From contig NMRA01000017.1 in the NCBI GenBank assembly GCA_002633005.1, positions 79,125 through 143,124 of the forward strand: DNA of 64,000 bases, read 5' to 3'. The translations under genes and the position numbers were made by a program. A model generated the notes under the pieces. The model was not told where the DNA came from. It did no database searches and saw nothing but the letters and a program-made list of their open reading frames with translations. This stretch comes from Phoronis australis. Lineage: Eukaryota; Animalia; Phoronida. Shown one piece after another: positions 12,201 to 48,568 of the stretch; position 1 is the stretch's first letter, and the number at the start of each line of letters is the position of its first letter.

Positions 12201-15200
12201 AAGTGAGACGAACCTGGTGTTATCGTTTTACCAACAGAGAATACAGGAAGGTAACTAACTAATGAAACTTAGAGTATTTCTTCAGTTTTATTTCTTACAA
12301 AAGTGATTTATCCATAAACTGGATATGCGCCATCTCCAGCTTTGTGCCTAATGATGCAAAAACATAGCCTCGGCCGAGCACTACTGACCATTGCTTGGCG
12401 GTGATGCCAGCATGAAATAAGATGCGTCTCATAACGTCTGCACTATCTCTACAGATGTCAAGTCCATGTGTCTCCCATGATCTTGTTTCTCTGCCCATTA
12501 TAGGTATGGCCATGCCTAGAAGTGGTATGTCCCCAGCCATGCAGTCGGACAGAAAGAGACCACACTACGACCCACGCGCACAACAGATGAATCGACCCCC
12601 GTATGTACTTGGCTTAAAATTGACCAACCGTGTCCAGGCATGCCAATGAGTCAGCATTTTTAGTATTTAATTTTAAGTTTGTGATACGTTGCTCTTCAAG
12701 CAATGATTGGTCTGTATGTTTCATTAATATTGACCAAATATTGAATTATGCCCACATTTTTTACTCGAGTTCTACTATGATTGTTCATGGTTGGTTATTA
12801 CACCTGGCAGTTCTGTACAAGCTGATACACAACGAAACTTAATTACTGTATGGATAGACATTAATTTTGTTTGGAACTGTGGATGTTTGTGTGTTTTTCA
12901 GGAAAAAGAAGAAAAAGCTGGCTGACCGTATACTGTCACAGCGAGTACGCGATCTGGTGCCTGAATCTCAGGCCTATATGGATCTGTTGGCGTTTGAGCG
13001 CAAGTTGGACTCGACCATCATGAGAAAGAGGCTTGATATACAGGAAGCTTTGAAACGGCCTCAGAAGGTGCAGTATTCTTTGCGAGTACATGATGCGATT
13101 CCTTGTCATATCTTCCTTCCTGTCGGGTTACGGCCAGTCAGCCTTGCAACTAGAACACCAAGACTTCACTGTTCAAAATCTTACTACTTACAGTAAATGT
13201 GCACTTTCAAGACTCATGTTTCTGCTTTCAGCTTAAGTAGTACAGTTGCAGTATGTAACATTACCCAACCCTGTGGATGGTTGGCCCATGTTGTTGCTGA
13301 CCTGTGATAACAGCTTTTGGTGTGAGGACATACTGAAGACTGGTTCAACTTAATCACTTAGTTAGTCTCTCTACAGAATGTACACAAGTCTACGCAAACA
13401 AAATAGCCGACCTAATGCCTGTTCTAATGCTCCAGCCAGTGCTGTGAAGCCTTGACTTATGATGAGCTCTTGAGTCCTTTTTAGCAACTGTCACACTTGT
13501 AGACTGATTCAATAACTTGCTGTCTCTAGCTGGCTCATTTTTGTCTCAGAAACAACTCTGTAACTGCTCACGCTGTGATTAACTTGTGCCGGAGTATCAC
13601 AGTGTCATATAATGTTCTAGAACTTTTCACCAACTCAAGCACATTCTAGAACTTTTTGGAATGTGCCTTATCATTATACTTGTATATGTTTTGGTCAAAA
13701 AGGTTCTAGACCATGGTTCTATGTCAGTCAGTAATATGTTGGCACCTAGTAGAATGTTCTCAAGTATTCTAAAATATAAACAATTACATAATCACTGGTC
13801 TGACATAACTCGGTCATGTCAGTCAAGTACACAAATAAAACAGCCATACAAAACTGAAAGAACTAAAACCAGTGCTAGCCTCCCGATGCAGTAGTTGACC
13901 AGGATTTGGGTTATGTATTTTGCCTTTTCCCATCTTGGTTTTTATGTTTGGATATTGAGCAATGAAATTTATGTTTACTATTAATTATTTATAGCAAAAA
14001 AGAAAGCTGCGTATTTTTATCTCCAACACATTCTACCCTGCTAAGCCAGACAATGAAGGCGAGGAAGCTGAGAACATTGCATCATGGGAACTGAGGGTTG
14101 AAGGTCGGCTCCTGGAGGATGTAAGTTCATAGCATGAACAGTTTGTACAATAATAAATTCAATGAGAGAATTGCACAAACTCCTGGAGATCACATTTAAA
14201 GTGCTTAAAACCACCATTTACCTTATTTTAACAAGTAAATCTTCCTTTGTAGCGCTGCATATCACAACCATGAATTCAATATCCCAATAATGAGAAAATA
14301 GATCAGAAGTGGCTGCAGTTCCTTAGATCCATGGATATGACCGTCATTTTTCAAAGACTGATTACTTTGCTACAAACAGTTGAAACTTGACCAAATGTTT
14401 TACGATATCTGCACAGTACAAACTATCCTGGTAATAGAGTAAAAAAAATTTTTAATCTTTATTTTTGTGAAGAAATTTGACAAAGTAGATTTTCACTTGT
14501 CCGCCATATTGTGCGCTAAATATGTGGAAAATTACGGTAATTAATTATTGACTGTGCATCTGTTGCAGAACTTTGCCTCTAAACCTCCAGAACAAGGAAA
14601 GAGCAAAAGGAAGTTTTCAACATTCTTCAAGAGTTTGGTGATAGAGCTGGACAAGGAACTGTATGGTCCTGATAACCACTTGGTGGAGGTGAGTCAATGT
14701 TTTATGTCTGTGTGGCGGTGAGTGTTAATGTTAACCTGAAAGTCTGGGTTGGGTTGTATAAACCTTCAAAAGTTATCAGCTGGATAAGTTTGATTGTTGC
14801 ATGACGTCAGGTGTTTTGTTCAACAACAACAACGCGGCACGTGATATTGTGATCTCATTGTTACTACATGTGCTACTTTTATGCAACTGAGCCCAGGTGT
14901 TTATTGAGATGTAGCACAAATTAGTTTTCAGTATAAAGTAGTCTGACGTTGACAGAACTCTGCCGAACTTGTATGAATTTCTTGCCAGAATTATTAATCG
15001 GGCTTAGTCGACTTTTTGTCACAATAAAATAGCGTTTGTGTCAAACTTTTGTCGGATTGTGAAAATGTGTTATGCTATCTTTGGAGTCATATAATGCTTG
15101 GTGTCACTCTGTTTCAGTGGCACCGTACCCCAACCACACAGGAGACAGATGGGTTTCAGGTGAAGCGACCAGGTGAACATAACGTCAAGTGTACAGTACT

Positions 15201-18200
15201 ACTCATGCTTGACTATCAACCCATGCAGTTCAAGTTGGATGCACGCCTCGCTCGTCTCCTGGGTATACACACACAGACTCGCCCCGTCATCATCAATGCA
15301 CTCTGGCAGTACGTGAAAACACACAAGCTTCAGGATCGTCATGAGCGCGAGTTCATCAACTGCGATAAGTATCTGCAACAGGTAGGTGGAGGGGGATATG
15401 TGTGATAAGTACCTGCAACAGGTGGGTGGAGGGGGTATGTGTGTTGGGGGTTAGGGTTGGGTCAGGTAGTTTTATCTTGATTGGCAAGGCTACCTCACAA
15501 AATCCAACATGCTTGAATGGTCCTTACTAGCAAGATTAATTGATATACTACCCTGTTCAAAGTAGCAAATATTATTTAACCTTTGGCTCTTCAGTGGCTT
15601 ATTCAAAGATTCACACTTATCTCATTACTTGAGTTCAGCTTCACGCTACAGCAGTTTTCATTCAAAAACTAGGTCAATGGAATTCTTGTCGAAAATTGAT
15701 GAAATTCTAATGCATAAATTTTCTGCTTAATTGTTTAAAACTTCATTTTTTGCCTGTTTACTTCTTGGTTTTTGCCATGTTTGATGAAGTTAGAAGAAAT
15801 GTGACGAAATTTGTTGAAGCATCTTTTTTGAAATCTACTGTACCATCTGTTTACCGATCATTGCTTCTAAATGTATTTTTAATTTTACTATGCAGTACTA
15901 CTAAATACATGGCTAGTTTTACTAGGTAGTAGTACTATGATATTTTCACTGAATATTGGTACCAAATGTAGTGCTAGTTCTACTGGATAGTACTACTACT
16001 AATCTGTTGCTAGTTCTATTGGGTAGTACTACTACTAATCTGTTGCTAGTTCTACTGGGTAGTACTGCTACTAATCTGTTACTAGTGATACTGGGTAGTA
16101 CTACTACTAATCTGTTACTAGTGATACTAGGTAGTACTAATACTAATCTGTTACTAGTGATACTGGGTAGTACTACTACTAATCTGTTGCTAGTTTTACT
16201 GGGTAGGGCTACTACTAATCTGTTGCTAGTTTTACTTGGTAGTACTACTAATGGTTTTTTCTTCTCCCTTGCTTGCAGATCTTTGAGTGTAGCCGTATCA
16301 AGTTTGCCGAGATTCCTCAGCGCCTACATAACTTGCTACATCCTCCAGACCCTATCATCATCAACCACGTGATTCAGTAAGTACTTCCCCGACCCTATCA
16401 TCATCAACCATGTGATTTAGTAAGTACTTCCCCGACCCTATCATCATTAACCACGTGATTCAGTAAGTACTTCCCCGACCTATCATCATCAACCACGTGA
16501 TTCAGTAAGTACTTCCCCAACCCTATCATCATCAACCACGTGATTCAGTAAGTACTTCCTCGACCCTATCATCATCAACCATTTGATTCAGTAAGTACTT
16601 CCCCGATCCTATCATTATCAACCATTTGATTTAGTACTACCCTCTACTGTGTCACTTGTGAGTGTGTACACATTACAGTGCCATCTGTGACTGTCAACAG
16701 ATGGCACTGTGATCAACTCTAGCCACACACAATGTGTACATGCTCCATGTTCTAAGTCTTAATTTTAGGGTGATTTCTCGAGTCTTATGCTTTTGATATT
16801 TTTGTTGGTCACAGAAATAGGATCCTGCCACAGTAAGGAATATTACGAGTCCGATTTTTTTTAGTGTAAAAGGTCCAATTCAGTTTTTGTTTTTTAACCT
16901 ATTAAGCAGTGCAAAATGCCTGCTTTAGGTAATGAGGTGGGCAATAATTTATGTTTTCTCCAATGTATCTAGACTTGTTTTCATTTTGCTCATTTGTGAC
17001 ACATGTCTTTGGAATGAAAGTTTAATCTAATTTCTCCTCCTATGGTGGAGATGAAACTGTGACTTTGTTTGTGATCTCTTTCAGTTTAGGTATCCAGTAA
17101 ATCATGTGCTTTTGATATCAGCCTCAGACAGCATTGTAACCAAACTATGATGGACTATGCCACAATGATGGAGTGTTTTGGTAGCGATTTTGAGGTTTAA
17201 TAGATATAGACTTTGCCGCAATGACAGAGTGTTTTGATAGCAATATTGAGGTTTAATATAGATAAAGATAAATCAACAGATGACTATGGACTTTGTATTG
17301 AAGGGTTGAAGGGCCTGATGCTGCCAAGAAGACAGCGTGTTATGATATTGATGTGGAGGTGGATGATACATTGAAACAACAGATGAATCAGTTCTTGTTG
17401 TCTACACAGAGTCAACAGGAAATCACAGCTCTCGATGCCAAGGTAGACTGTCTTTGAACTGAAATGCACAACCAGCGGGATTGTATCAGAGAGTGAATAT
17501 ATTTTTTTTAACTTAAAGATGTATTTGCAAGCTCCTAACAATAGGAGGGACTAAACAAAAATGTTGTTTTAACATAATCTACGCTAAACAAAGTGCAGTT
17601 GTATTCATTGACAACTTGAGAAAACAAAAAAATTCTGTAAATACCATAGCCACTTGGTATTTTATTAAAGGTCACCAACAGCAACAATCCAAGAATCATT
17701 TTACTTTTTCAGGATTTGCAATTCAGGCAACCTAAGAATGTTATTCAGTTTTTTGTTTGTTATATAATTATTTCTAAAGATAATCGCCACCATACATTAC
17801 ATGTCAAAACTACTATGAATGGGAAAAGTTTCTACCAAATTACAAAAAAATAACTTTGTCTCTGTTATCATTTTATTACTTGCTTAAACTTTGCTTTAAG
17901 TGTTCATCGTTTTGTTGCAAGCACACTTGCTGGTGGCAAGAAAAGTTGTCGCTGACTCAACTACATTCGTTGAAGTTTGTATGGCTGATTTTTGCAGTGG
18001 TTTCTCTCCAGCTTTTTAGTGCTATTTGGATAATTTGTATAAGCATTATTTTTAGCCTCCATGTTTTATCGTTCACCGAATGAATCATTTTATTGTGTAA
18101 ATTGATATATGTCCCACACTGTGACTATACTTCTTCACCCAGTAGGGGGTCAGAAGGTCTGTGGTTTGACTCCAGTATTGCACTAACGTGTCTCTTACTC

Positions 18201-19790
18201 CTCTTGGCTCGACATTAGTTGTGACGTGTAATGAAGTAAACTTGGATTTAAAGCAATTTTCAGGGAGTAGTGTATTGTGCTAATATTAAATTATTGACCC
18301 ACTTGCAGATTCACGAGACAGTAGACAGTATCAACCAGCTGAAGACAAGTCGTGAGTTCTTCCTCGGCTTTGCTAAGGATCCACAGGAGTTCATCAACAA
18401 CTGGCTCATCTCACAAACCCGCGACCTCAAGGTACACACTTTTATTATGACGAAGTTTTTGTTGTAGCTTTGTTGAACCACATGCAGCACCATCTGTTAG
18501 AGCGCTATTTTAGATGTCAGCTCTTAAGCTGTTTTTGAAAGATAATTGATTGCTGAAAATGCAAAATATTTAAACACTCATTGGTTATAATTTGGTGTTA
18601 GTGTCAAGAACATGTGCTTAATTTACTGTATTTAGATACATCTGTAATTTTAAAAAATTAGTGAATTTCATCAAACGTTTTCGCTTTGTTGAAGCTGTGG
18701 CAAAACTTCAGACAAAAATACTTCATACCTAAATATTTTTTAAATTATCCAAAACGTTGCACTCTGAAACTTTTCCTGATTTTTGAAGAGAAAAGATTCT
18801 TCAGCCTTTTTTAAAAAACAGGATTTCTTGCATGGTGGCCATGTTTCCACTTGGGTGAACTTAATCCTGTTTTTCTGTTGTGTCCCAGACCATGACTGAG
18901 GTGGTAGGTAACCCCGAGGAAGAGAGGCAGGCTGACTACTACAACCAACCCTGGACCCAGGAGGCCGTGTGTCGCTACTTCTATACTAAGGTAAGCACCA
19001 CAAGATTTGACTGCCGATGATGAGTAGGTAGGGGGAAGCCCCCCGTACAGTTTCGCAAAATCTGTCAAACTCGCCTTCTCCCCTCGCAGTATTAATTGTG
19101 GACGTGGCCAAGTCAGCAACATAGTGATTCTGGCTAGAGGGCAGTAGTGTTCATGACTTGAAGGTCTGTAGTCTGCTTGGTTGACATGACGCTGACTAAA
19201 TGGCAACAGTGTTCATGGCTTGGTGATCTTTAGAATGTTTGACTCGTATGACTAGCTAAATGACAACAGCGTTCATGTTTGCCCTTCCTTATCTTAAGTC
19301 TGCCCCGTCGGGAATGAAATTTTGACTGTAGTAGTCTAATGTGTGTTACGGGTATAAGACAAGCATCTGCAGTTCATTCATATATTGTACTAATACCAAT
19401 AATACAGTCATACTTCACAAACTCCGATAAAAGACTGCCTAAAATCACGAGATCTCCAGAGAACCCGCATGGACGTTTGCATATCAATGACTAGCCAATA
19501 GCTTCAAGTTTCAAGAAGACGTCACAATGGACATCAGAATACGAATAATGACTTGCGCTTATGGGCCACATGTTTGAAGTAGTACACTAAATTAAAATCA
19601 CTAAGGTTTGCATCTTGATTTACGAATTGTTTTAAATTCTGAGCATGACTCATCATCAATGCGATGGAAACCACATCTTTTTTGGTACGTTTTCGTTTTT
19701 GAATATTTATCATCATGTATTTTTTACATTTACTAGGTGCAACAAAGGCGAGTTGAATTGGAGCAAGTTCTGGGAATACGCAATGCCTGA
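195..19790 (+). CDS. SMARCD1: SWI/SNF-related regulator of chromatin subfamily D (BAF60, SWIB domain), 12 core coding exons, 514 aa
   Basis: Joined exons 195-299,2719-2869,12504-12600,12902-13067,13995-14120,14569-14688,15118-15381,16279-16376,17304-17442,18309-18431,18889-18990,19737-19790 = 1545 nt, all GT-AG with matching phases. Family motifs: [83 protein letters not shown]. Confidence 0.96.
2719..2869 (+). CDS. SMARCD1: SMARCD exon 2 (GSPARPNF...MTPQK)
   Basis: tttttcag acceptor; Pro/Gly/Met-rich open frame; AAAG|gtttgt donor; phase 0 to 1. Confidence 0.85.
3149..3169 (+). CDS. SMARCD1: candidate SMARCD cassette microexon, 21 nt (A-SGKAKS)
   Basis: cttctcgattctcctcttgacag acceptor, gtgagt donor, phase 1-1, no stop. 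Confidence 0.65.
4117..4134 (+). CDS. SMARCD1: candidate SMARCD cassette microexon, 18 nt (KNKES)
   Basis: gctaac branch point, long pyrimidine tract and ccccag acceptor; CAG|gtaaac donor; phase 1-1. Confidence 0.65.
5751..5920 (+). repeat. dispersed DNA-transposon-end repeat, inverted relative to copies at 11397-11566 and 14470-14540
   Basis: Shared blocks ACACAATATGGCAGACAGATGAAATT and AGCAACATTTGGTAAAATTTTGAGC. Confidence 0.75.
6531..6560 (+). CDS. SMARCD1: candidate SMARCD cassette microexon, 30 nt ([10 protein letters not shown])
   Basis: about 50-nt pyrimidine tract ending ttttctacag; CAG|gtgtgt donor; phase 1-1. Confidence 0.65.
8362..8473. repeat. 30-bp minisatellite, about 3.5 copies
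   Basis: CACTTGTAACTGAGGATCACTGGCTCCACC units. Confidence 0.9.
9045..9104 (+). CDS. SMARCD1: candidate SMARCD cassette exon, 60 nt ([20 protein letters not shown])
   Basis: ctttcactcttaag acceptor; GAGG|gtaact donor; phase 1-1; purine-rich exon-like composition. Confidence 0.65.
9800..9980. repeat. about 57-bp tandem repeat, 3 copies
   Basis: CCACCTTGGACGAGCACGGTATACACCAAATTATCTGGTGCAAGTTGTG units. Confidence 0.85.
10834..10992. mobile_element. Tc1/mariner-type MITE with TA target duplication
   Basis: TA|CCGTAATCGTTCGGGTTAACGCCC ... GGGCGTTAACCCGAACAATTACGG|TA; 24-bp TIR with 1 mismatch. Confidence 0.85.
11397..11566 (-). repeat. inverted copy of the 5751-5920 repeat
   Basis: Reverse complement aligns by eye over about 170 bp. 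Confidence 0.75.
12504..12600 (+). CDS. SMARCD1: SMARCD exon 3
   Basis: attatag acceptor; [19 protein letters not shown]; CC|gtatgt; phase 1 to 2. Confidence 0.85.
12902..13067 (+). CDS. SMARCD1: SMARCD exon 4
   Basis: [36 protein letters not shown]...RPQK. Confidence 0.96.
13995..14120 (+). CDS. SMARCD1: SMARCD exon 5
   Basis: [17 protein letters not shown]...[13 protein letters not shown]|gtaagt. Confidence 0.96.
14569..14688 (+). CDS. SMARCD1: SMARCD exon 6
   Basis: [28 protein letters not shown]|gtgagt. Confidence 0.96.
15118..15381 (+). CDS. SMARCD1: SMARCD exon 7 (start of SWIB domain)
   Basis: [19 protein letters not shown]...[11 protein letters not shown]|gtaggt. Confidence 0.96.
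15970..16252. repeat. 36-bp minisatellite, about 8 copies, ending at the exon 8 branch point
   Basis: GTAGTACTACTACTAATCTGTTGCTAGTTCTACTGG units. Confidence 0.92.
16279..16376 (+). CDS. SMARCD1: SMARCD exon 8
   Basis: [34 protein letters not shown]|gtaagt. Confidence 0.95.
16348..16636. repeat. 43-bp minisatellite made of the exon 8 3' end plus donor, about 6.7 copies
   Basis: GACCCTATCATCATCAACCACGTGATTCAGTAAGTACTTCCCC units. Confidence 0.95.
17304..17442 (+). CDS. SMARCD1: SMARCD exon 9
   Basis: [21 protein letters not shown]...EITALDAK. Confidence 0.94.
18309..18431 (+). CDS. SMARCD1: SMARCD exon 10
   Basis: [41 protein letters not shown]. Confidence 0.95.
18889..18990 (+). CDS. SMARCD1: SMARCD exon 11
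   Basis: [34 protein letters not shown]. Confidence 0.95.
19737..19790 (+). CDS. SMARCD1: SMARCD exon 12 (last coding exon)
   Basis: [20 protein letters not shown]. Confidence 0.95.
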   Translation: MQQRRVELEQVLGIRNA

Positions 19791-20190
19791 GATATATACA
19801 TTGTTAGTCCCGACACCTGGTGGTTGGGACAAAAAGTATCGTGTTCTTGGTGACCTCATTAAGTGTATGGTTATCAAGAATAAATGGAACTTCATCTAGA
19901 ACTCCCTGTATCGTTGTTGTTTGTACATATGGAAGATTAGGATAGTTGGAAACAGTCAGATTTTGAACTGTTTTATATCAGTGGTGGTTTGCACAGTGTC
20001 TCTATTGGTTTTCTTAATGAAATGGAAAGACGTTATTGGGTATGTCATGTCTTCAACTATTTTGACACTGTACTTTCCAATTGTCACCATTGATGGAATC
20101 TAGGCACTGTAACTAGTCAAATACATTCACCTTTGTATTCAAATTTTGTGGTTCATGTAAATAGCCTTGCATGTAGTTACAATACAAGAC

Positions 20191-20196
20191 AATAAA
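20191..20196 (+). terminator. candidate SMARCD polyadenylation signal
   Basis: AATAAA about 400 nt after the stop; another at 19879-19884. Confidence 0.45.
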
Positions 20197-21648
20197 GTTG
20201 TCAGACAAAATAGCATTTCCCTGCCATGATGGCTCATTCTGTTAACAGTAAAAATGACTGATAATAACTATTCAGGTGGCAAAATTCTAATCGTAGAATG
20301 GCTTAGTCACATTACTGTCCTGTTAACTCCCCTTCATTCTCAATCAGGGAGACTACTCACATGATTAATTCGCCATCTGCCCAGCAGTCATGACAGGGAA
20401 TTCCAGGTCATTTGGTCTGAATACTTTTGGTTTGTACTGTATATTGTAGTAGCCTAAGGTTAGAATAGTAATTGTACGTTTCAGGAAACTTGTAGTAAAA
20501 TACTTTAAAAATCTTATTTGTTTTCTTACGTCCATCATCACTGGTCTAGGTGCACAGGTTGATGCAGCACTGGTCATTGATTATTGATACATGCTACAGG
20601 ACTCTTGTCCTTTGTCAGTGCAAGTGTGCTACATAAACGCAATACTCATGGTATACATTAGCAAGATCTTAATGTAGTCTCAATACTGAATACTCTATTA
20701 CTGTCTGGTCACAATCATGCATGTCTTAACTTTATGTTAAGTCGTGTCACATGTACGTACATCAGGTCTAGAAAATGAGATTCAGAGTTGATAACAGTGG
20801 TTGGCATGCTTTTTGTCTTATGTTCATGTTGGCTACAAAATAAACTAGAATGTAAGCTTGCCGTCAAGCTCAGAGAAACTTTAATGACTTTTATTTTGTG
20901 TCAGGGTTAATTGTTATACACGGACTCACTGGGACTTAGTCAATGGTCATAATAGGTGCTTGAGGAAAATAATTGACTCTTTCACTGTCAATCTTTTTAC
21001 TGCAATAAATTGTGAGGATACATAAAACGGTGGGACCAATCACTAATGACGGATTAACGTTATTTGTTGGTGGATTGTTATGAAACTTTCAGGATAAGAT
21101 GTGCACGTTTACGGCATTTTAAGTTATGGCATCATGGCTGAAGCAGGTATTTGCCATGTGTTCTTCAAGATTTCAGGAGAGAAAAGACTCCATGAAGGGT
21201 TTTGATTTTGTAAATTATAGTCGCTGAGGTTGGTCAGTAGTGAAATGTATCAAATAAACACAGAAAAATCAGGAACCCCCAAACTCGTATCCTGAATTAA
21301 AATAGTTTTGAATCAATTAAACCTTGAGAACAGACAGTTTAGAGGCTGTTGAATGGATCACAATTTGACAGACGAGCTGTTGACGTGAATTTCTTAAAAA
21401 AGCAATCTTCATTCTCTGTAACTGGTAAAACTCAACTGTCTTCTTGGCGTATTATTTTAAAACCAGTAATCTCCCATGGAATTTAGGATTAACTGGGTCA
21501 AGTACCCCAACTCCCTTCCTGACATGTTTGGCAGTGAAGGGGTATTTTGCTGAAAGAAGCTCTGGGCACTGAAACTGTTAATATGTGCAACTGCGATCAC
21601 ATGATTAAGTTTCAAACACTAACAACAGATCGACTTATCTATTTTATG

Positions 21649-21654
21649 TTTATT
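21649..21654 (-). terminator. candidate HECW polyadenylation signal
   Basis: AATAAA on the minus strand about 1.9 kb downstream of the HECW stop. Confidence 0.4.
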
Positions 21655-23105
21655 CAGGTAATAAATAATCACTGAAGTAATAAACGTACAGTAGAAAGAT
21701 TAGATGTTTACAATCACCATAGTAACAAATGTTATTAAAATAATAAAAACAGTTTTGCAAGTGATATCTGTAGACAAAACCTGTCCTAGTTTGATTTTCT
21801 AATTGCCGCACAAATTACAATACCTCACTTTGCTCACACGTAATCTTTCCTCAACTTCTGCCGTGTTTAACGGAACAAAACTTAACGTAAAAATGCTCTT
21901 CAGAGTATCATGCCTAGCTTTCACCAGATAAAATCAAAATGCACTTCCACATATGGGTTAAGGCCTACCACTTTGTACATCTACTGAGCTGATCTCATGG
22001 CTTCCATCGGTCACCATTTTAACGAGACTACACTGCCTTCAAATCTCATGTTGGTGTAACGGAAGGCATGCTATGTGCACCAATAGACTGACTTACTGGA
22101 AGGACATCTGGTGTCCGTTTCATTAAAGTAACTTAAGACAGAATCAGTCTCGCGCTCTCACTTCACAGTAACTGAATAAAGGTTTAGTCAAGTAATTAGA
22201 GTGCATCACAGACTAACATAATTTACGGAAATTATCTGTCAGTAACTAGCACTTATGTGTGTATCTCAGAAACTGCCTTTTTTCTCACGTCAGATGTAAT
22301 TATTTTCCGAAATGGTTGTGTGGAGCATCAGACCAAATTTGTGTCTCAAGCTTCATGCAACTTTTCCTGAAACAGGCCCTTGACCACAAAAAACCTTAAA
22401 AACAACAAAATCTTAAGGTACGACGGAACAAAAGTTCTGATTATAAACATGATGCTTGATTTCACAACTTGCCGATTGATTTAACAAATCTTTAAACTGC
22501 CAGTTTATACACCGATATCACAACATTGATTACAAAGTAATGAAAAGTCAAATCAAATCTTAGTCTACACTTATTAAGCAAACAATAGTTCTCTGTAATA
22601 CTGAGGCACCTTTTAAATGGTTTTACTGGGATAAAGTACATATAAAATTCTTAGACTTACAAACTGTCTAAAATAGAGTTTACCTTGGCAACTAATTAAT
22701 TGGTGTCAAATCCATTTATCACTAGAATGTCCACTATATTCTAATTCTTAAAACTATGAGCATAGTCTTCACTATTAAATGTTCTTATTTCAGCACTAAT
22801 AACAATGCTTATATATTTACAATGATTGTGAAACGAGTCTGTTGTCAACAGTTATTGATTTACAAAGTCTACAAAACATACTATACTTCAGGTCACTGTC
22901 CACTCATTCAACTACTACATATTTTTAAATTGTAATTCGTAACTGATGAACCAGTTGATCCGTGGGAGGAAGTGAATGTACGTGACCTTCGCATGACCTT
23001 CAGAGTCCATACGATTTCAGCCCTACCTAATACTACCATTTCTTGTCAGTTTTAAATTTATACTTTTGCACTTTATTAATTGAATGATATGAATGTGTTA
23101 ATCTA

Positions 23106-23344
23106 TTGCAAACACTGGTCTAGACGCCACCTGTTGGTCACATCACATGACCTAATGAATACAAGTTTTGAAAAGATTTCTGCCAACACTCTAACCCAGG
23201 ACCTTCTGGTAACCGTGGAGATGCCCTAGTCACCGAGTCATCGGGACCACCGGTGGAACACAGAAATCTTTAAGATTTGCATCCATTAGGTCACGTGATA
23301 TGGTCAACAGATGGCGTGCAGACCAGATTTACAAATGTTTGCGA
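23106..23344. mobile_element. MITE-like foldback element in the predicted HECW 3' UTR
   Basis: About 65-bp imperfect inverted arms at 23115-23182 and 23261-23326. Confidence 0.75.
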
Positions 23345-23551
23345 TTGTTTCATAAACTAATGCAGAACACATGATGTGAACGTAACAGTAATAACTAATC
23401 AACACTGTCAATCAATTTGTTGTCACCATGACAACGCATCAAAGCTGCCATAAGAGTCAATCATAAATGTCCTAATCATTATAACTTACACAATTATCTC
23501 TTCATTATGCAGTAAGATCATGCAGCCAATAAGGTGAGACCACACAGTCTC

Positions 23552-48568
<25,017 letters not shown>

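Noticed and set aside
15956-16372. 138-aa hydrophobic repeat ORF ([12 protein letters not shown])n
   Set aside because: Translation of the intronic 36-bp minisatellite running out of frame into exon 8.
19791-23551. Overlapping antisense 3' UTRs of SMARCD and HECW
   Set aside because: The nearest plausible poly(A) signals (20191 plus, 21649 minus) leave a gap of about 1.4 kb; overlap cannot be shown from sequence alone.
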